A DNA stretch of 64,000 bases from Ginglymostoma cirratum. Its lineage: Eukaryota. Shown here piece after piece: positions 38,996-51,399 of the stretch. Below the pieces are notes generated by a model that ran no database searches, was not told where the DNA came from, and saw nothing but the letters and a program-made list of their open reading frames with translations. Location of the stretch: NCBI GenBank assembly GCA_024137785.1, contig JAHRHZ010000082.1:4834737-4898736 (forward strand). Direction: 5' to 3'. The position numbers and the translations under genes are program-made. Positions within the stretch are counted from its first letter, which is position 1. Each line of letters begins with the position of its first letter.

Positions 38996-41819
38996 TGGTT
39001 ATAATAAATGTCTGTTGTATTCTTCAATACCATGGTATCCATGTCTAGTTTCTTATATTGCAGGAAATAACATTGACTTGAACAACAGCCTGTTGGAGGC
39101 AAACTCATACGTCAGCACTCCTTCAATAATACATTGCAATGTCAGTCTTTACTTTGGTGCTAGAGACCTGAAGTGCGACCTAGACCCAAAATCTTACAAC
39201 TCAGAATCAAAAATGCTACCAACTTGAACCACAGCAGTGTAACACAGGTACAGAAACAATGTTAGTCAGATTTTTAAACAGAGAGTTGCTTAGCAGGCTT
39301 TCATCCAAATTTTAAAAATTTGAATGCAAAAGAGTGGTTATGTCAATTTATTTAGCTTAAGCAAGATGACTCACGGACATGAGGAAGTGCAGCATTTGCA
39401 TTTGGCCAGGTTTTACTTTGCCATAATGGTAAAGTTAACAGCATTCCAAATCAGCTCGCAAATTTCCAGCTAATGCAGGTGCACAGTTGCACTCGAAAAC
39501 TTAAGGAGTTGGTGTTCAAGATACAATGCTGCTGTGAAAACATCTGAAAACAGCATTTCACCCTTGTTCTTAATTTAAACATTTTCAGTCATCTAGGTTC
39601 CAACCGCTGGAATTCCTTTTCTAAACCTTTTCTGCCTCGCTACCTCTTTCTTTCTTGAAGATGTTTCTCAAAGCCTTTCTCTGACAGCCAAGCTCTTCCG
39701 TAGCTCAGATTCAATATTTATTTTCCTTTGTTCCTTTGAAGAACTTTCAGACATTTGGTTACATTAAAAGCTTTATATGTATTGATTAAAGTTTCTTTAC
39801 TGTAACATAGGCACGGGCTAATCTTGCTACCTAAAACTAGAACTTGTCCATTCCAGTTGGACTATCTATTTAATTCTATGCTGAATTATTGCCAATGAAA
39901 ATTACCTTTTGCAAATGTAAAGTCACAATCCTTCAGTTTCAATCCTCAATTATTGATAGAGATTAAACAAAATGTAGATAGTTGTTTTTCCTTTCTGTGC
40001 TTATATTCTCTTTCTCAAACCAACCTTTCTTTCACTCCCTTTTGTTTACTCTCCATAACTTACGTGATATTTCTTCACTATTCTAACCTGTACTTCCTGG
40101 TTCTGACTCGACACTGCTCATTAACAATCTTTCTGCCTAAATGGCTGAAGAGATACTGGGTTACTTATCTTCTTCATTCAAGTCCTACATACCTTTTGGA
40201 TGCTGGTGCTGTTTGTCAGTAATTTGCTGTACAAAACTCCATAGGAAGACCTATGGCTAAAGCTAACTCTAACAAATAACCAACTTCAACTACTCTTCAT
40301 ATGCTGTTCACAGCAAAATTCAACCTAATATTTTGTGTTATCATTTGATAACCTGGTGAATGCTATAGACTGACATACAAAGGGTTAATCAGCAAGACTT
40401 CCCAAAACAACTTGTTAATGTAATGTCACTGTGCTGTTGGCTTAAAAGGAACTGTGTAAAATGTTAACTTTTCATTCAAGAAACTTATAAATGTAGTTTA
40501 TATAATTTTAAACGATATCATATTGAAAGATTTAATGTCTAAACAAATGCCCTCGTGGGAAACACCAAAGCTGCATATGACTGGTTCTGTGTATCTGTAA
40601 ATTGAATGACTCCTACAAGTTGAATGACCATCAATGAAGGAGAAAATCGTCTGGGTGAAAGATAGTTACTGTTTATCGATACTGATTGCAAGGTGTCAAC
40701 AGCAACAGCATTGTCATCTTTCCAAATAAGTCGAATGAATTCTTTGTGAAATCTGGTATACAAGTAGAGATACAGCAGAACTGAAACATGGCAAGTAAAA
40801 TGAAAGGACATACCTAGAAATAGCACATTACAATTTGATAAGCAGCCACGTTAAATTCAAAGGTGTGATAAATAAATTAAACTAGCTTCAACTGGTAATG
40901 AACAAACCTGTTGACAAATATCAAGGAGTATTCAAAATAATATTTGGTACAATTCAAAACTAGTACAGGCAAGGGTTCCTATAAAGTACAAAAACTCCAT
41001 TTGTGCAGGTAAGCAACAATGGTCAATAAACTGGTAAGGAACAGTTACTAGATAAAAAGAAAAGACTCTCAGAAATGTAAGAAGCTGTTGAAATGCAGGA
41101 GAGGCTAGAAAATATAGAAAGAAAGGGCTGAATTTTACCAAAAGTTAGCTAAGTATCAATTTCATGGAGGCTTTCTCTCCATGAATCTTAGCCATTTGTT
41201 TTCATGTAATTTTCTGCAGTTTACCTCATTACATATACACCACATCACTTTGGCATCCCAATCATGTTAGGGTGTGCTTGACAGAGGCAGACGTATTTAC
41301 CACTGCTGGAATCTTCTGGGATTCCTGGCACTTTCGCCATATTTGAAACCCAGCTGTACACCGGGCTAAACATTACCTTGTGGGTGCACGTAGATGCCAT
41401 GGGTGACATTAAATGTAAATGCAAACTCACGTTCATAAATGTTTTGCTATTTTACATGAGAACGAGTCTGATCAATGTTGTAACTCCAGCAGCAAGAATC
41501 AAGCTACACAGGTCACCTGTTCTATACCAGATCATATTGGAATTCTGTCTAAGGGAGTGCTTAACTTTCCCTAACATCCAGTGCAACTTAACAGCTCCTA
41601 ATTGTTCCACGTGAGAACATCACAAGCTGGAAAGCCTAAACTTTAAAATGTGAACTTTTAGTCAACAATAGCAAAAGTGAAGAAAAAACACAAGCAAAGC
41701 TGCATTTACTTCTTGGAACAGCAAGGACCGCCAGCCTTTCAAGAAATGACAAATCTACACTTAACGAATGATGATCTTCCCCAGTTCACATCTATTGGGA
41801 GCAAATATCAATTAGGGAC

Positions 41820-42950
41820 TGGCTGGTTTGTGCAATGCACTAACATGCAGAAGGTGATGTTCCTCCTCGCATTGTCTTCATCTTCCTCCTCAGAAGATGA
41901 CTGCTGCTGTCCCAGCTCTTCAGCCTCGATCACAACCCGTCTTTGCCTGCTCCAGTAGTGCAGAGCACAGTTTGCTAGGATTATGTGGCACACTCTTCCT
42001 GGAATGTATTGCGAGGCCACCCCAGACTGATCCAAGTATCAGAAGCTCATCTTCAGGAGGCCTATCATCTGCTCCACCATAGTCCTGATGGAAGAATGGA
42101 CTCCATTATATCAACACCCCAGCCTCAGTCATGGTGCTGTGTAACCGAGTCTCTCGTCATGGTAGCAGAGGAGAGTTCTTGTTTCCCGTAATCATCCTTG
42201 TAAGGTATCTGTCCCTTGAGATGAAACAGGGGCATGGGAATTCTCAAGGATATGGATAGACATTATGGCAGCTTCCAAGGTACTTGGTGCAGACTTCTAA
42301 GATGTGGCACCAATGATCACAGATCTCTTATACATTGACAGGTTGGAAATCTTTTCTGTTGTTGAAGTCTGCCACATTTTGATGTGGTGCTCTCAATGTG
42401 ATATGGACAGTCCACCTGCTCTGTACATGGGGGAAGCCAGCTTTGTTGGTAAAGCCTGCTGCCCAGCCTGCAGCATTGACTGCATCAAGAGGAAACATGG
42501 TGAAGGTGTGTGATCTGGCACAAGCTGCATTGGTAACTGCCTTGACACATTTGAGAGTTAACATTTGTGAGATCCCACGCAGGTCCCCAGTGGATCTTTG
42601 GAAGTAGCCAGTTGCATAAAGGTTGAGTAAAACTGTCACATTGACAGTCCCCAGGATAAAATGGCCACCCATTCCTTCAGGCTGTAGGTCCCACTCCAAC
42701 AAATGGCATAGCTCTGTAACAGTGTCCCAGGCCATCTTCACTTTGAAGCAGCAAGGTGCCGTCCTCAGATAATGGAAATGGATCAAGAACAATAAACTCT
42801 AGGCTTCCTGTACATTCTCTGCTTCCTGAGGGGAACTGGGGAACTGTGCCATGTTCACATGGAAGCTATTTGGCATCTGCTGGAATTGCTGCTGATCCTG
42901 GGCTTGATGACACATCAGTTCCTCGTTCAGTTTTCTACGCCTTCATAGCA
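41820..42950 (-). mobile_element. Degenerate PIF/Harbinger transposase (HARBI1-like DDE)
   Basis: LNLYATGYFQRSTGDLRGISQ..AVTNA..AGFPHVQ..FNNRKDF..VNV; RVCHIILANCALHY plus acidic tail; frameshifted. Confidence 0.75.
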
Positions 42951-44089
42951 CTGTGCCCAGTGACCATGCCCTCTGCTGTCAGTCGATCATGGCTCCAGCG
43001 AACCTTTGTGGGGAATATCAGAAACACAACAGGTTCTCAGTAATGTGAACAGTCAGTATTTGCATCACTCATAAGTTTAGCATGCTTCTTTATTCATTGG
43101 GATATGGAAGATTACAACAAGGAGAGCCATGAAATGCCTCTTCATTGACCTTTGATGTTAGGGGATTGCAGCACAAGCCATGTCATGAAATTACAGGAAG
43201 AGATTATAAGTGCAGGAAGATTACTGATACCTTGGACCCTCACACCCATTACCCAAGCAATGTAGCATTGCATTTAAAAGCATGTTGTCAGATACATACA
43301 GTTCAAGGTGACAGGTAATCCACTCTGTGCTCTTATCCAGCCTAAGGGACCTTGGATCAGCTTTGTGAAATGTGAGGGCGGAGGGGATGGGTGTGTCCAG
43401 GAATAACAGCTCAACAGTTCAGAAATATGTCATAAATGTCAGTATCGCGACCAACATCCAAATACTTTATCTCTTTCCACATGTACAGTCATCAGGTTAT
43501 ACTCTGACTAATACTTGGATAGCAGAGATGGCAATGGGGATATGTTTTAGCAGCCAGATTATTTTAAGGTGCATGCAGTCAAAGCTGGCATTTAATGCAG
43601 TCCAATATCTGACTCCAAAAAAAAACACAATCTCTCCTTTTTGAAATGAGCCAATGAAGATACATTTATTTATGCAACAGGCCAACAATTCAAAGCAAGT
43701 CTGCTTAATTACAAACATAGTGAAATTTGCTGCTTAAATTTGCGGCATTACAATATACTAAAACAGTGATGTTATAGACCGTAGTTATTTTCTTATTCTG
43801 TTGAAAATCATGGAAAGGATATAAAGCTAATTAATACATGAAAGGCATTTTGGCTATTAAATTTACTATTTTGAGGGTTTGGTGTTTATTTTTGATTTCC
43901 CTCCTCAATGTGTTCATTCTGCTGGAGTAAAACTCCAACGCTCAGTACCTCACCCTCCTTTTTGCGCAAAGGTTGATGCTATCAAAGATCAATTGAACTG
44001 AAAAAGCATCAACTTCCTTGCTCCTGTATTCCAAACCCCTTGTAATAATGGTCAACATGTCATGGTCTCTCTAAATGCTTGCTGCAACT

Positions 44090-44252
44090 GCATAAATTCT
44101 CTCCCTAAGGGCGTTGTGGGTTTATCTATAGCACATAGACTGCAGCGGTTAAAGAAGGCAGCTTACCACACCTACTCAAGGTCAACTAGGGATGGGCTAT
44201 AAATACTGGCCAGCCAGAGATGCCTACGTCCTACAATGGAATTAAAAAAAAT
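44090..44252 (+). mobile_element. LINE family B 3' tail
   Basis: Matches 16997-17156. Confidence 0.75.
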
Positions 44253-44399
44253 ACTTGCTTTCCAGTGTACAAGAGCACCCAGGTCGCTTTGTACATCAAC
44301 TTTTCCCAATCTATCGTCCATTTAAATAATACTCTGCTCTTCTGTTTTCTCCACCAAATAATACTCTGCTCTTCTGTTTTCTCCACCAACGTGAACAAC

Positions 44400-46252
44400 T
44401 TCACTTTTGCTGACAATACAAAACTAGGTGGGATTGAGTTGTAAAGAGAATACAAGGAGGCTTTAGGGCAATCCAAACAAGTCAAGTGTGTAGGCAGATG
44501 TATGGCAGATGCAATGTAAGGTGGATAAGTCTGTAGTTAGAGATAACAAGCATGGGCCTGGATGAACACAGCAGGTCAAGCAGCATCATGCTCCTATGAT
44601 GCTGCTTGACCTGCTGTGTTCATCCAGCCCCANNNNNNNNNNNNNNNNNNNNNNNNNNNNNNNNNNNNNNNNNNNNNNNNNNNNNNNNNNNNNNNNNNNN
44701 NNNNNNNNNNNNNNNNNNNNNNNNNNNNNNNNNNNNNNNNNNNNNNNNNNNNNNNNNNNNNNNNNNNNNNNNNNNNNNNNNNNNNNNNNNNNNNNNNNNN
44801 NNNNNNNNNNNNNNNNNNNNNNNNNNNNNNNNNNNNNNNNNNNNNNNNNNNNNNNNNNNNNNNNNNNNNNNNNNNNNNNNNNNNNNNNNNNNNNNNNNNN
44901 NNNNNNNNNNNNNNNNNNNNNNNNNNNNNNNNNNNNNNNNNNNNNNNNNNNNNNNNNNNNNNNNNNNNNNNNNNNNNNNNNNNNNNNNNNNNNNNNNNNN
45001 NNNNNNNNNNNNNNNNNNNNNNNNNNNNNNNNAGCTCCTATGATGCTGCTTGACCTGCTGTGTTCATCCAGCCCCATGCTTGTTATCTCGGATTCTCCAG
45101 CATCTGCAGTACCTTTTATCTCTGATACAATTTTAAGTCTGTAGTTAGACTTGATTTGAGGAACAGGAAGTTAGTGTATTATTTAAACGGCGTTATATTG
45201 GTAAATGTGGACGAACGAAGATGTCTTTTTACACCAGTCAATGAAGGTAAACAGGCAAGTATGGCAAGAGATTAAGAAGGCAAATGTGGTATGTTGGCCT
45301 TCATTGCAAGAAGATTTGAATTCAGAAGTAAGGATGTCTTACTGCAGTTATACAAGGCCTTGGTAAGACTGCACCTGGAGTATTATGTGCAGCTTTGGCC
45401 TATTTATCCAAGACACGATATACTTGCCACAGATGGAGTGCAGTGAAGGTTTACTAAGCTGATACTGGGGATGACAGGACTGTCCTATGAGGAGAGATTA
45501 GTACAGCTGGGAGCAGCACAGTGGTTAGCATTGCTGCCTCACAGTACCAGGGACCCGGGTTTGATTCCAGTTCTGGGTGATTGTCTATGCAGAGGTTACA
45601 CATTCTCCTTGTACGTGTAAGGATTTCCTCTGGGTGCTCCGGTTTCCTCCCACAGTCCAAAGATGTGCAGGTTAGGTGGATTGGCCATGCTAAATTGCCC
45701 ATAGTGTTCAGGGATGTATAGATTAGATGTGTTAGCCATGGGAAATGCAGGGTTACAGCAAAAAGGTAGGGGGATGGGTCTGGGTGGGATGATCTTCGGA
45801 GGGTCGGTGGGGACTTGTTGGGCTGATGGGCCTGTTTCCACACTGTAGCAATTCTGTGTATTCACTACAGTTTAGAAGCACGAGATCTGATTGAAATATA
45901 TAAAATTCAGAAAGGGCTAGATACAGGGAGGATGTTTCCTCTGGTTCCAGAGTCTGGAAGCAAGAGACATAGTCACAAGATACAGGTAAGCCATTTAGGA
46001 CTGAGAAAAGGAATGATTTATTTACTCAGGTGTGGTTAATCTATGGAATTCATTATGACGGAAGGCTGTGGAGGCTGAGTCACTGAATCCATTCAAGGAA
46101 GAGATTGTTAAATTTTAGATATTAACGGCATCAGGGTAAGGAAAGAAAGTGAGAATATGTCGTTGAGATAAAGGATCAGCCATGATCATACTACGCGGTG
46201 GAGCAGGCTCAAAATGACTACTGGCCTACTCCTGCTGCTAGTTCCTATGTTA
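44400..46252 (+). mobile_element. CR1 LINE RT-3' fragment interrupted by a PLE and an HE1 SINE (45509-45858)
   Basis: FADNTKLGG; LQLYKALVRLHLEYYVQLW; CR1 tail at ~46170-46250. Confidence 0.75.
44542..45133. mobile_element. PLE family A insertion with inverted 5' segment, spanning a 400-N gap (44633-45032); 16-bp TSD TAAGTCTGTAGTTAGA
   Basis: TSD at 44526-44541 and 45134-45149; inserted in a plus-strand CR1. Confidence 0.75.
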
Positions 46253-46259
46253 TCCACAT

Positions 46260-47525
46260 AATACAACATCTGTCATACATTTGCCCATTCACATAAATTG
46301 CCTGAATAGCCTTGAAGGCTCTTAACATCCTTTCACCACTGACAATCCCACCTAGCTTTGTATTAATAACAAACTTGGAAATACTAGCTTTGATTCCTTA
46401 CACCTAATTGCTGATATAGATTGTGAATAGTTGAGACCTAAGGACTGATCTCTTCAGTAAACCCCTGCTTCTCATCACCTTCCATGCTGAAAATGACCCA
46501 TTTTTCCTCTCTGTTTCCTGTCTCTTAGCCAATTGTCAATCTATGTGAGTACATTTTCATCAATCTCATCTGTTTTGATTTGGCACAGCAACCTCTTATG
46601 GGGGACTTCATCAAAAGCTTTCCGTAAATCCAAATACATCAAATCCACCGATTTTCCCTCATCTAGTCTACCAAATACATCCTCAAACTAAACCCAGCAG
46701 GCTTGTCACAAATGTTTAACCTTCCCAAAATCCATATTGACTATGTGTAATTCCATTGGTATTTTCTAAATGTCCGGTTATCACATCCTTTATAACCAAC
46801 TCCAGTATTTTCCAGATTACTGATGTTAGGTTTTCTCCCTCCACTTTCTGAAAATAGTAGGGTAAAATATGCCACCCTCCAATTTATTGGGATTATTCCA
46901 GAATCTACAGAATTTTGGAAGATGATAACCAATAAATCCACTAGTTCCACAGCCAACTCTTTAAATAACCTAGGATGCTGATTATCACATCCTGGGGATT
47001 TTTAGCTTTTGGTTCCATTGATTATAGAGTCATAGAGTAATAGAGAAACACAGCAATGAAACAGACCCTTCGTTCTAACTAATCCATGCCAGTGAGGTAT
47101 CCTATATAAATCTAGTCCCATTTGCCAGCATTTGACCCATATCCCTCTAGACCCTTCCTATTCATATACGCATCCAGATGCTTTTTAAATGTTGTAATCG
47201 TACCAGCCTCTACCACTTCCTCTGGCAGCTCATTCCATACACGCACCACCCTCTGTGTGAATAAGTTGTTCCTTGGGTCCTTTTATATCTTTCCCCTCTC
47301 ATCTTAAACCTTTGCGCTCTAGTTTTGAACTCCTCCATCTTGGGGAAAAGACCTTGCCTATTTAGCCTATCCGTGCCCCTCATGATTTTATAAACCACTA
47401 TAAGGTCACCCTCAGCCTCCGATGCTCCAGGGAAAATAGCCCCAGCTTATTCAGCCTCTCCCTATAGCTCAAACCCTCCAAGCTTGGTAACATCTTTGTA
47501 AATCATTTCTGAGCCCTTTCTAGTC
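46260..47525 (-). mobile_element. CR1 fragments (old RT 46260-47020; younger 3' end 47025-47525)
   Basis: IIFQNSVDSGIIPINWRVA; VYKIMRGTDRLNRQGLFP. Confidence 0.75.
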
Positions 47526-47734
47526 CTGCACTTTAATTTTTTACCAATACTAACCTTTTTCAATTCCTCCTTCCCAATATGCTCTTGTTTCCCGAGATTT
47601 CTGTGAAGTTATTGTGTCTTCTTCTGTGAACGTAGAACTGAATTAGTTGTTTAATTAGTGTCATCGAGTTGATATAAAATAAGGGATGCAATTCTCAAGG
47701 GATGAAGGAGCAGAGGGATCTGGATGTATGTATC

Positions 47735-48525
47735 GTTGAGGTTGGTTGGCTTGCCGAGCTGGTAGTATGCCAAGAGGAGGAGGAATACCTCTTTCAAGTG
47801 TTCAAGGATAATAGATATCCAAAGAACTGGGTCAGGAAATGCCTACAGGAACAGCATCAGAAAGATTCTACACGCCCCGACACACTCATCACACTACCCT
47901 ACATCAGGAACAGGTCAGAACTCACCACAAGACTTCTACGACCGCCGGGCGTCAGAGTGGCACACAAGCCCACATCAACCCTTTAACAAGTGCTCACTTG
48001 AACTAAAGACCCACTCCCCACCATGGACAGTGCCAATGTCATCTACAAGATCGTCTGCAGAGACTGCGAGAAACACTACATCGGACAAACAGGAAGGAAA
48101 CTAACAACAAGAGTACATGAACACCAACTGGCTACAAAAAGACATGACCAATACTCACTCATCTCAATCCACATGGACAAGGAGAACCACGACTTCGACA
48201 CCAAGATCCTGGGACAGGCTAAGCAGAGACAAGCACGAGAATTCCTGGAAGCATGGCACTCCACGAAGCATGCTATTAATAAACACATTGAACTCGACCC
48301 CACATACATTCCACTACGGAGGAAACCCGGAAGTGAGGCAATCCATTGCAACAGACCCCAGAGTTTAAAAACCAGGCAGGAAAACACACCGACGCTTCAT
48401 CAGAGGCTGCACTGAGGATGTTACTAAGCACGGTAACGAAGCGTCTGCAGAATAGCAAACCAGCTCGGCGAGCCAACCAACCTCAACACCCACAACTCGA
48501 GCTACAGATCTACTCCAAAACCTTA
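47735..48525 (+). mobile_element. PLE family B with GIY-YIG endonuclease, hammerhead motif and inverted 5' segment; 13-bp TSD GGATGTATGTATC
   Basis: NVIYKIVCRDCEKHYIGQTGRKLTTRVHEH..REFLEAW; TSD at 47722-47734 and 48526-48538; 47735-47763 is an inverted copy of ~48460-48487; inserted in a CR1 (to ~49190). Confidence 0.9.
48407..48450 (+). ncRNA. Minimal type I hammerhead ribozyme motif (GAAA>GAAG variant)
   Basis: Stem I CTGCA/TGCAG, core CTGAGGA, stem II GTTAC/GTAAC, GAAG-CGTC. Confidence 0.7.
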
Positions 48526-50080
48526 GGATGTATGTATCATTGAAGGTGCAGGATAAGTGGAGAGTGCAGTGAATAAACAGTACAGTGTTTTTGGCTTTAT
48601 TATTAGACACAGAGTATTACTGCAAGGAAATGGTGTTGAATTTGTACAAAACACTTGTTAGACCTCAACCAGAGTGTTGTGAACAATTGCTGGTGTTACA
48701 TTCTAGGAAAGATGCAAAGGCATTGGAACTACTGCAGAAGCAATTTACCAGAATGTTTCCAATTATGAGAAACTTCAGCTATGAAGATAGATTGAAGAAG
48801 TTGGCACTGTTCACCCCTGGAAAAAAGAAGGCTGAGGAGATCTGGTTGATGCTTTCAAAATCATGATTGGGCTGGACACAGTAAGTAGAATGAAGCTGTT
48901 TCTGTTCATAAAAGAAACAATGGGAAAGCATAACTTTAAAGTGATACACAAGTGAAGCAAGGGTGGTGTGAGAAAATCTTTTCATCCAATGAGTTGCTAT
49001 GATATGGAATACATTGCCCAAAAATGTGAGTGAGGTAGATTCAGTGGAGACATTTGATTTTTTTTGATAATCGTGGTGTTCAGTAATATGGAGAAAAGGT
49101 AGTTTAGCACAGGATAATACAGCTGGACTAGAGAACAGCCAATGTGGGTATAATGGCTTGAATGGTCTCCCTCTGTATTGCAATAATTACTTTCTTGTTT
49201 TCCATCAATCTCAATTGTCTTCTTCCAAGTATTTTGCTAGGAAAGGGTGTGGTTGTTGACAAGAACGGAGGGGAAAACCAACAATTGCTGGGATGATTGA
49301 GAACCTGTACATTTCCCAGATGAAACTAGAAGACATTTACAACCTCCTTTTGCCTCTGAACCGACACATTCGTATGGGGTGGGGGTGAGGAAGTATCCTC
49401 TCTGCATTAACCTTGTCAGGTCCCTTAAGAATCCTAAATGTTTCAATGAGATCACCTCTTATGCTTTTGATGGCTAGTTTGTGATGAAGAGTGATACCAA
49501 CGGTGTGGGTTCAATTCCACAGTGGTTGAGGTGATAATGAATTCGCTTGAGCCTGTCCCCTTGCCTGTGGGATGGTGAATCTTTGACTAAACCACCACCA
49601 GTCATCTCTCTAATGAGTGAGCAGTCCTCTTCCCCACATGAATGCATAGGATCAGAAGGCATAGTCTGAGCAATTTAAAAAGGTGGAAATTGATTATCTT
49701 GGATCAAGAATCTATGTTTACTGGATAAAGTGCAGGAAAGTGGATATGAGGAATAGCAGGCCAAGCTCAAGCTAAGAAGGACGGATATCTTCAAAATATG
49801 AAAATTAAAGTCAGTGTAATATGAATTGATGAAAAATCACAAACCTAACCAAATCAGGGAATTCAAAATGGTTTAATGATGGAATAACTCAGCTACTGAT
49901 GATTCTGAATAATCTCAGAATGCAAGGGATTTTGATAGAAGTTGATAAAATTGCCATTTGAATTAGCAGTAAAACAATGTAGCCACATTAAGGTTACTGT
50001 GAAGTACAAAAATTAGACAACTTAGGGATTCTGGTGTTTCCAGTCACTGCTTTTTTAAAAAAACCCCAACATATTTAGGA

Positions 50081-50667
50081 GTTAAAAGGTACTGCAGATG
50101 CTGGAGAATCTGAGATAACAAGCATGGGGCTGGATGAACACAGCAGGTCAAACAGCATCATAGGAGCAGGAAAACTTGACGTTTCAGGCGTAAACCCTTC
50201 ATCAGAAATGGGGGGAAAGGGGAAGAGGGTTCTGAAATAAATAGNNNNNNNNNNNNNNNNNNNNNNNNNNNNNNNNNNNNNNNNNNNNNNNNNNNNNNNN
50301 NNNNNNNNNNNNNNNNNNNNNNNNNNNNNNNNNNNNNNNNNNNNGGATAGAGCCACACCCCCATCTCCTATCTACTAACATCATCCCACCCCCTGACCTG
50401 TCCGTCCTCCCTGGACTGACCTATCTCCTCCCTACCCCCCTACCTACACTCACCTTTAATAGCTCCATCCCCGCCTCTTCGACTTGTCTGCCTCCTCTCC
50501 ACCTAGCCTCTCCTCTATCCACCTCCGCCTCCCCCTCCCCCTCTCCATTTCAGAACCCTCTTCCCCTCCCCCATTTCTGATGAAGGGTTTAGGCCCAAAA
50601 CATCAAGTTTTCCTGCTCCTATGATGCTGCTTGACCTGCTGTGTTCATCCAGCCCCGTGCTTGTTAT
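50081..50667. mobile_element. PLE family A inverted-pair insertion across a 100-N gap (50245-50344); 16-bp TSD CCCAACATATTTAGGA
   Basis: TSD at 50065-50080 and 50668-50683; minus copy on the left, plus copy on the right. Confidence 0.8.
50175..50209 (-). ncRNA. Minimal hammerhead ribozyme motif with intact core
   Basis: TTT-CTGATGA-A-GGG-TTTACG-CCT-GAAA-CGTC-AAG. Confidence 0.6.
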
Positions 50668-51399
50668 CCCAACATATTTAGGATGTCTTTTGGCTTTATT
50701 CCCAACCACAGCCATTTCCAATTATTTCCTTTAATGACTGTGCATACACACACCCAGCAACTCAAGTTAGTTATCTAATGACGCCTGAAAAAAACCTGCA
50801 GTGTACAGTCTGCTATCTAGTCTTTGACCCCATCATTCAGCACAACTTCACTGGTCACAAGAGGTCAGAACTCATTCTTCCAAACCAACAAAAACTCTTG
50901 TGTCAATATACTTTGCTCCCACTCTACAAAGTCCTAGAGGGCACAAACCTGAAGTGTGACATTTCCTCTACCAAATGGGTCAACTCCTGGAAACAGAACA
51001 CTTGTCTTTTCTCTACTTCCTAACAAAATCAAATCTCATGCCCCTATGCCTAGAAGAGCCTTTTAAAATATGATGAAAGCATTTACACTAGTGACATCAC
51101 TCCTCCAACTCAAAAATACCATGTTATTCTCTTGCGAGTTGCTTTGTTATGTCTTAGGCCAGGCATGTCACTGGATTAGCCCTCCCCCCGCTGTGAACAG
51201 GACACCTTGAAATGATTGACTAACAGAAATTGCAGGTTATAACCTTAAGATATTAAACACCTGATGATCAATTTAAAAACTACTTGCAACTTTGAACCCC
51301 TAAGAAAGAAAAAAAAAGTCGTCAAAAAAACAACCAATCCCCAACTGGAAAGCTGGTTTAGTCACTTGGTTCTTAGTCAATGCATAGAAGCAATAAAGA

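Noticed and set aside
40539-40826. 95-aa minus-strand ORF, plus similar ones at 28165-28362 and 29921-30115, as exons of a second gene
   Set aside because: No recognisable homology or consistent exon chain; cannot be supported without a search
44324-44389. ~32-bp perfect tandem duplication
   Set aside because: Lies at a junction between LINE fragments; only two units, probably a repair or insertion scar
44586-45144. Long ORFs of 145-182 aa in the ORF track
   Set aside because: Artefacts of reading through the N gap
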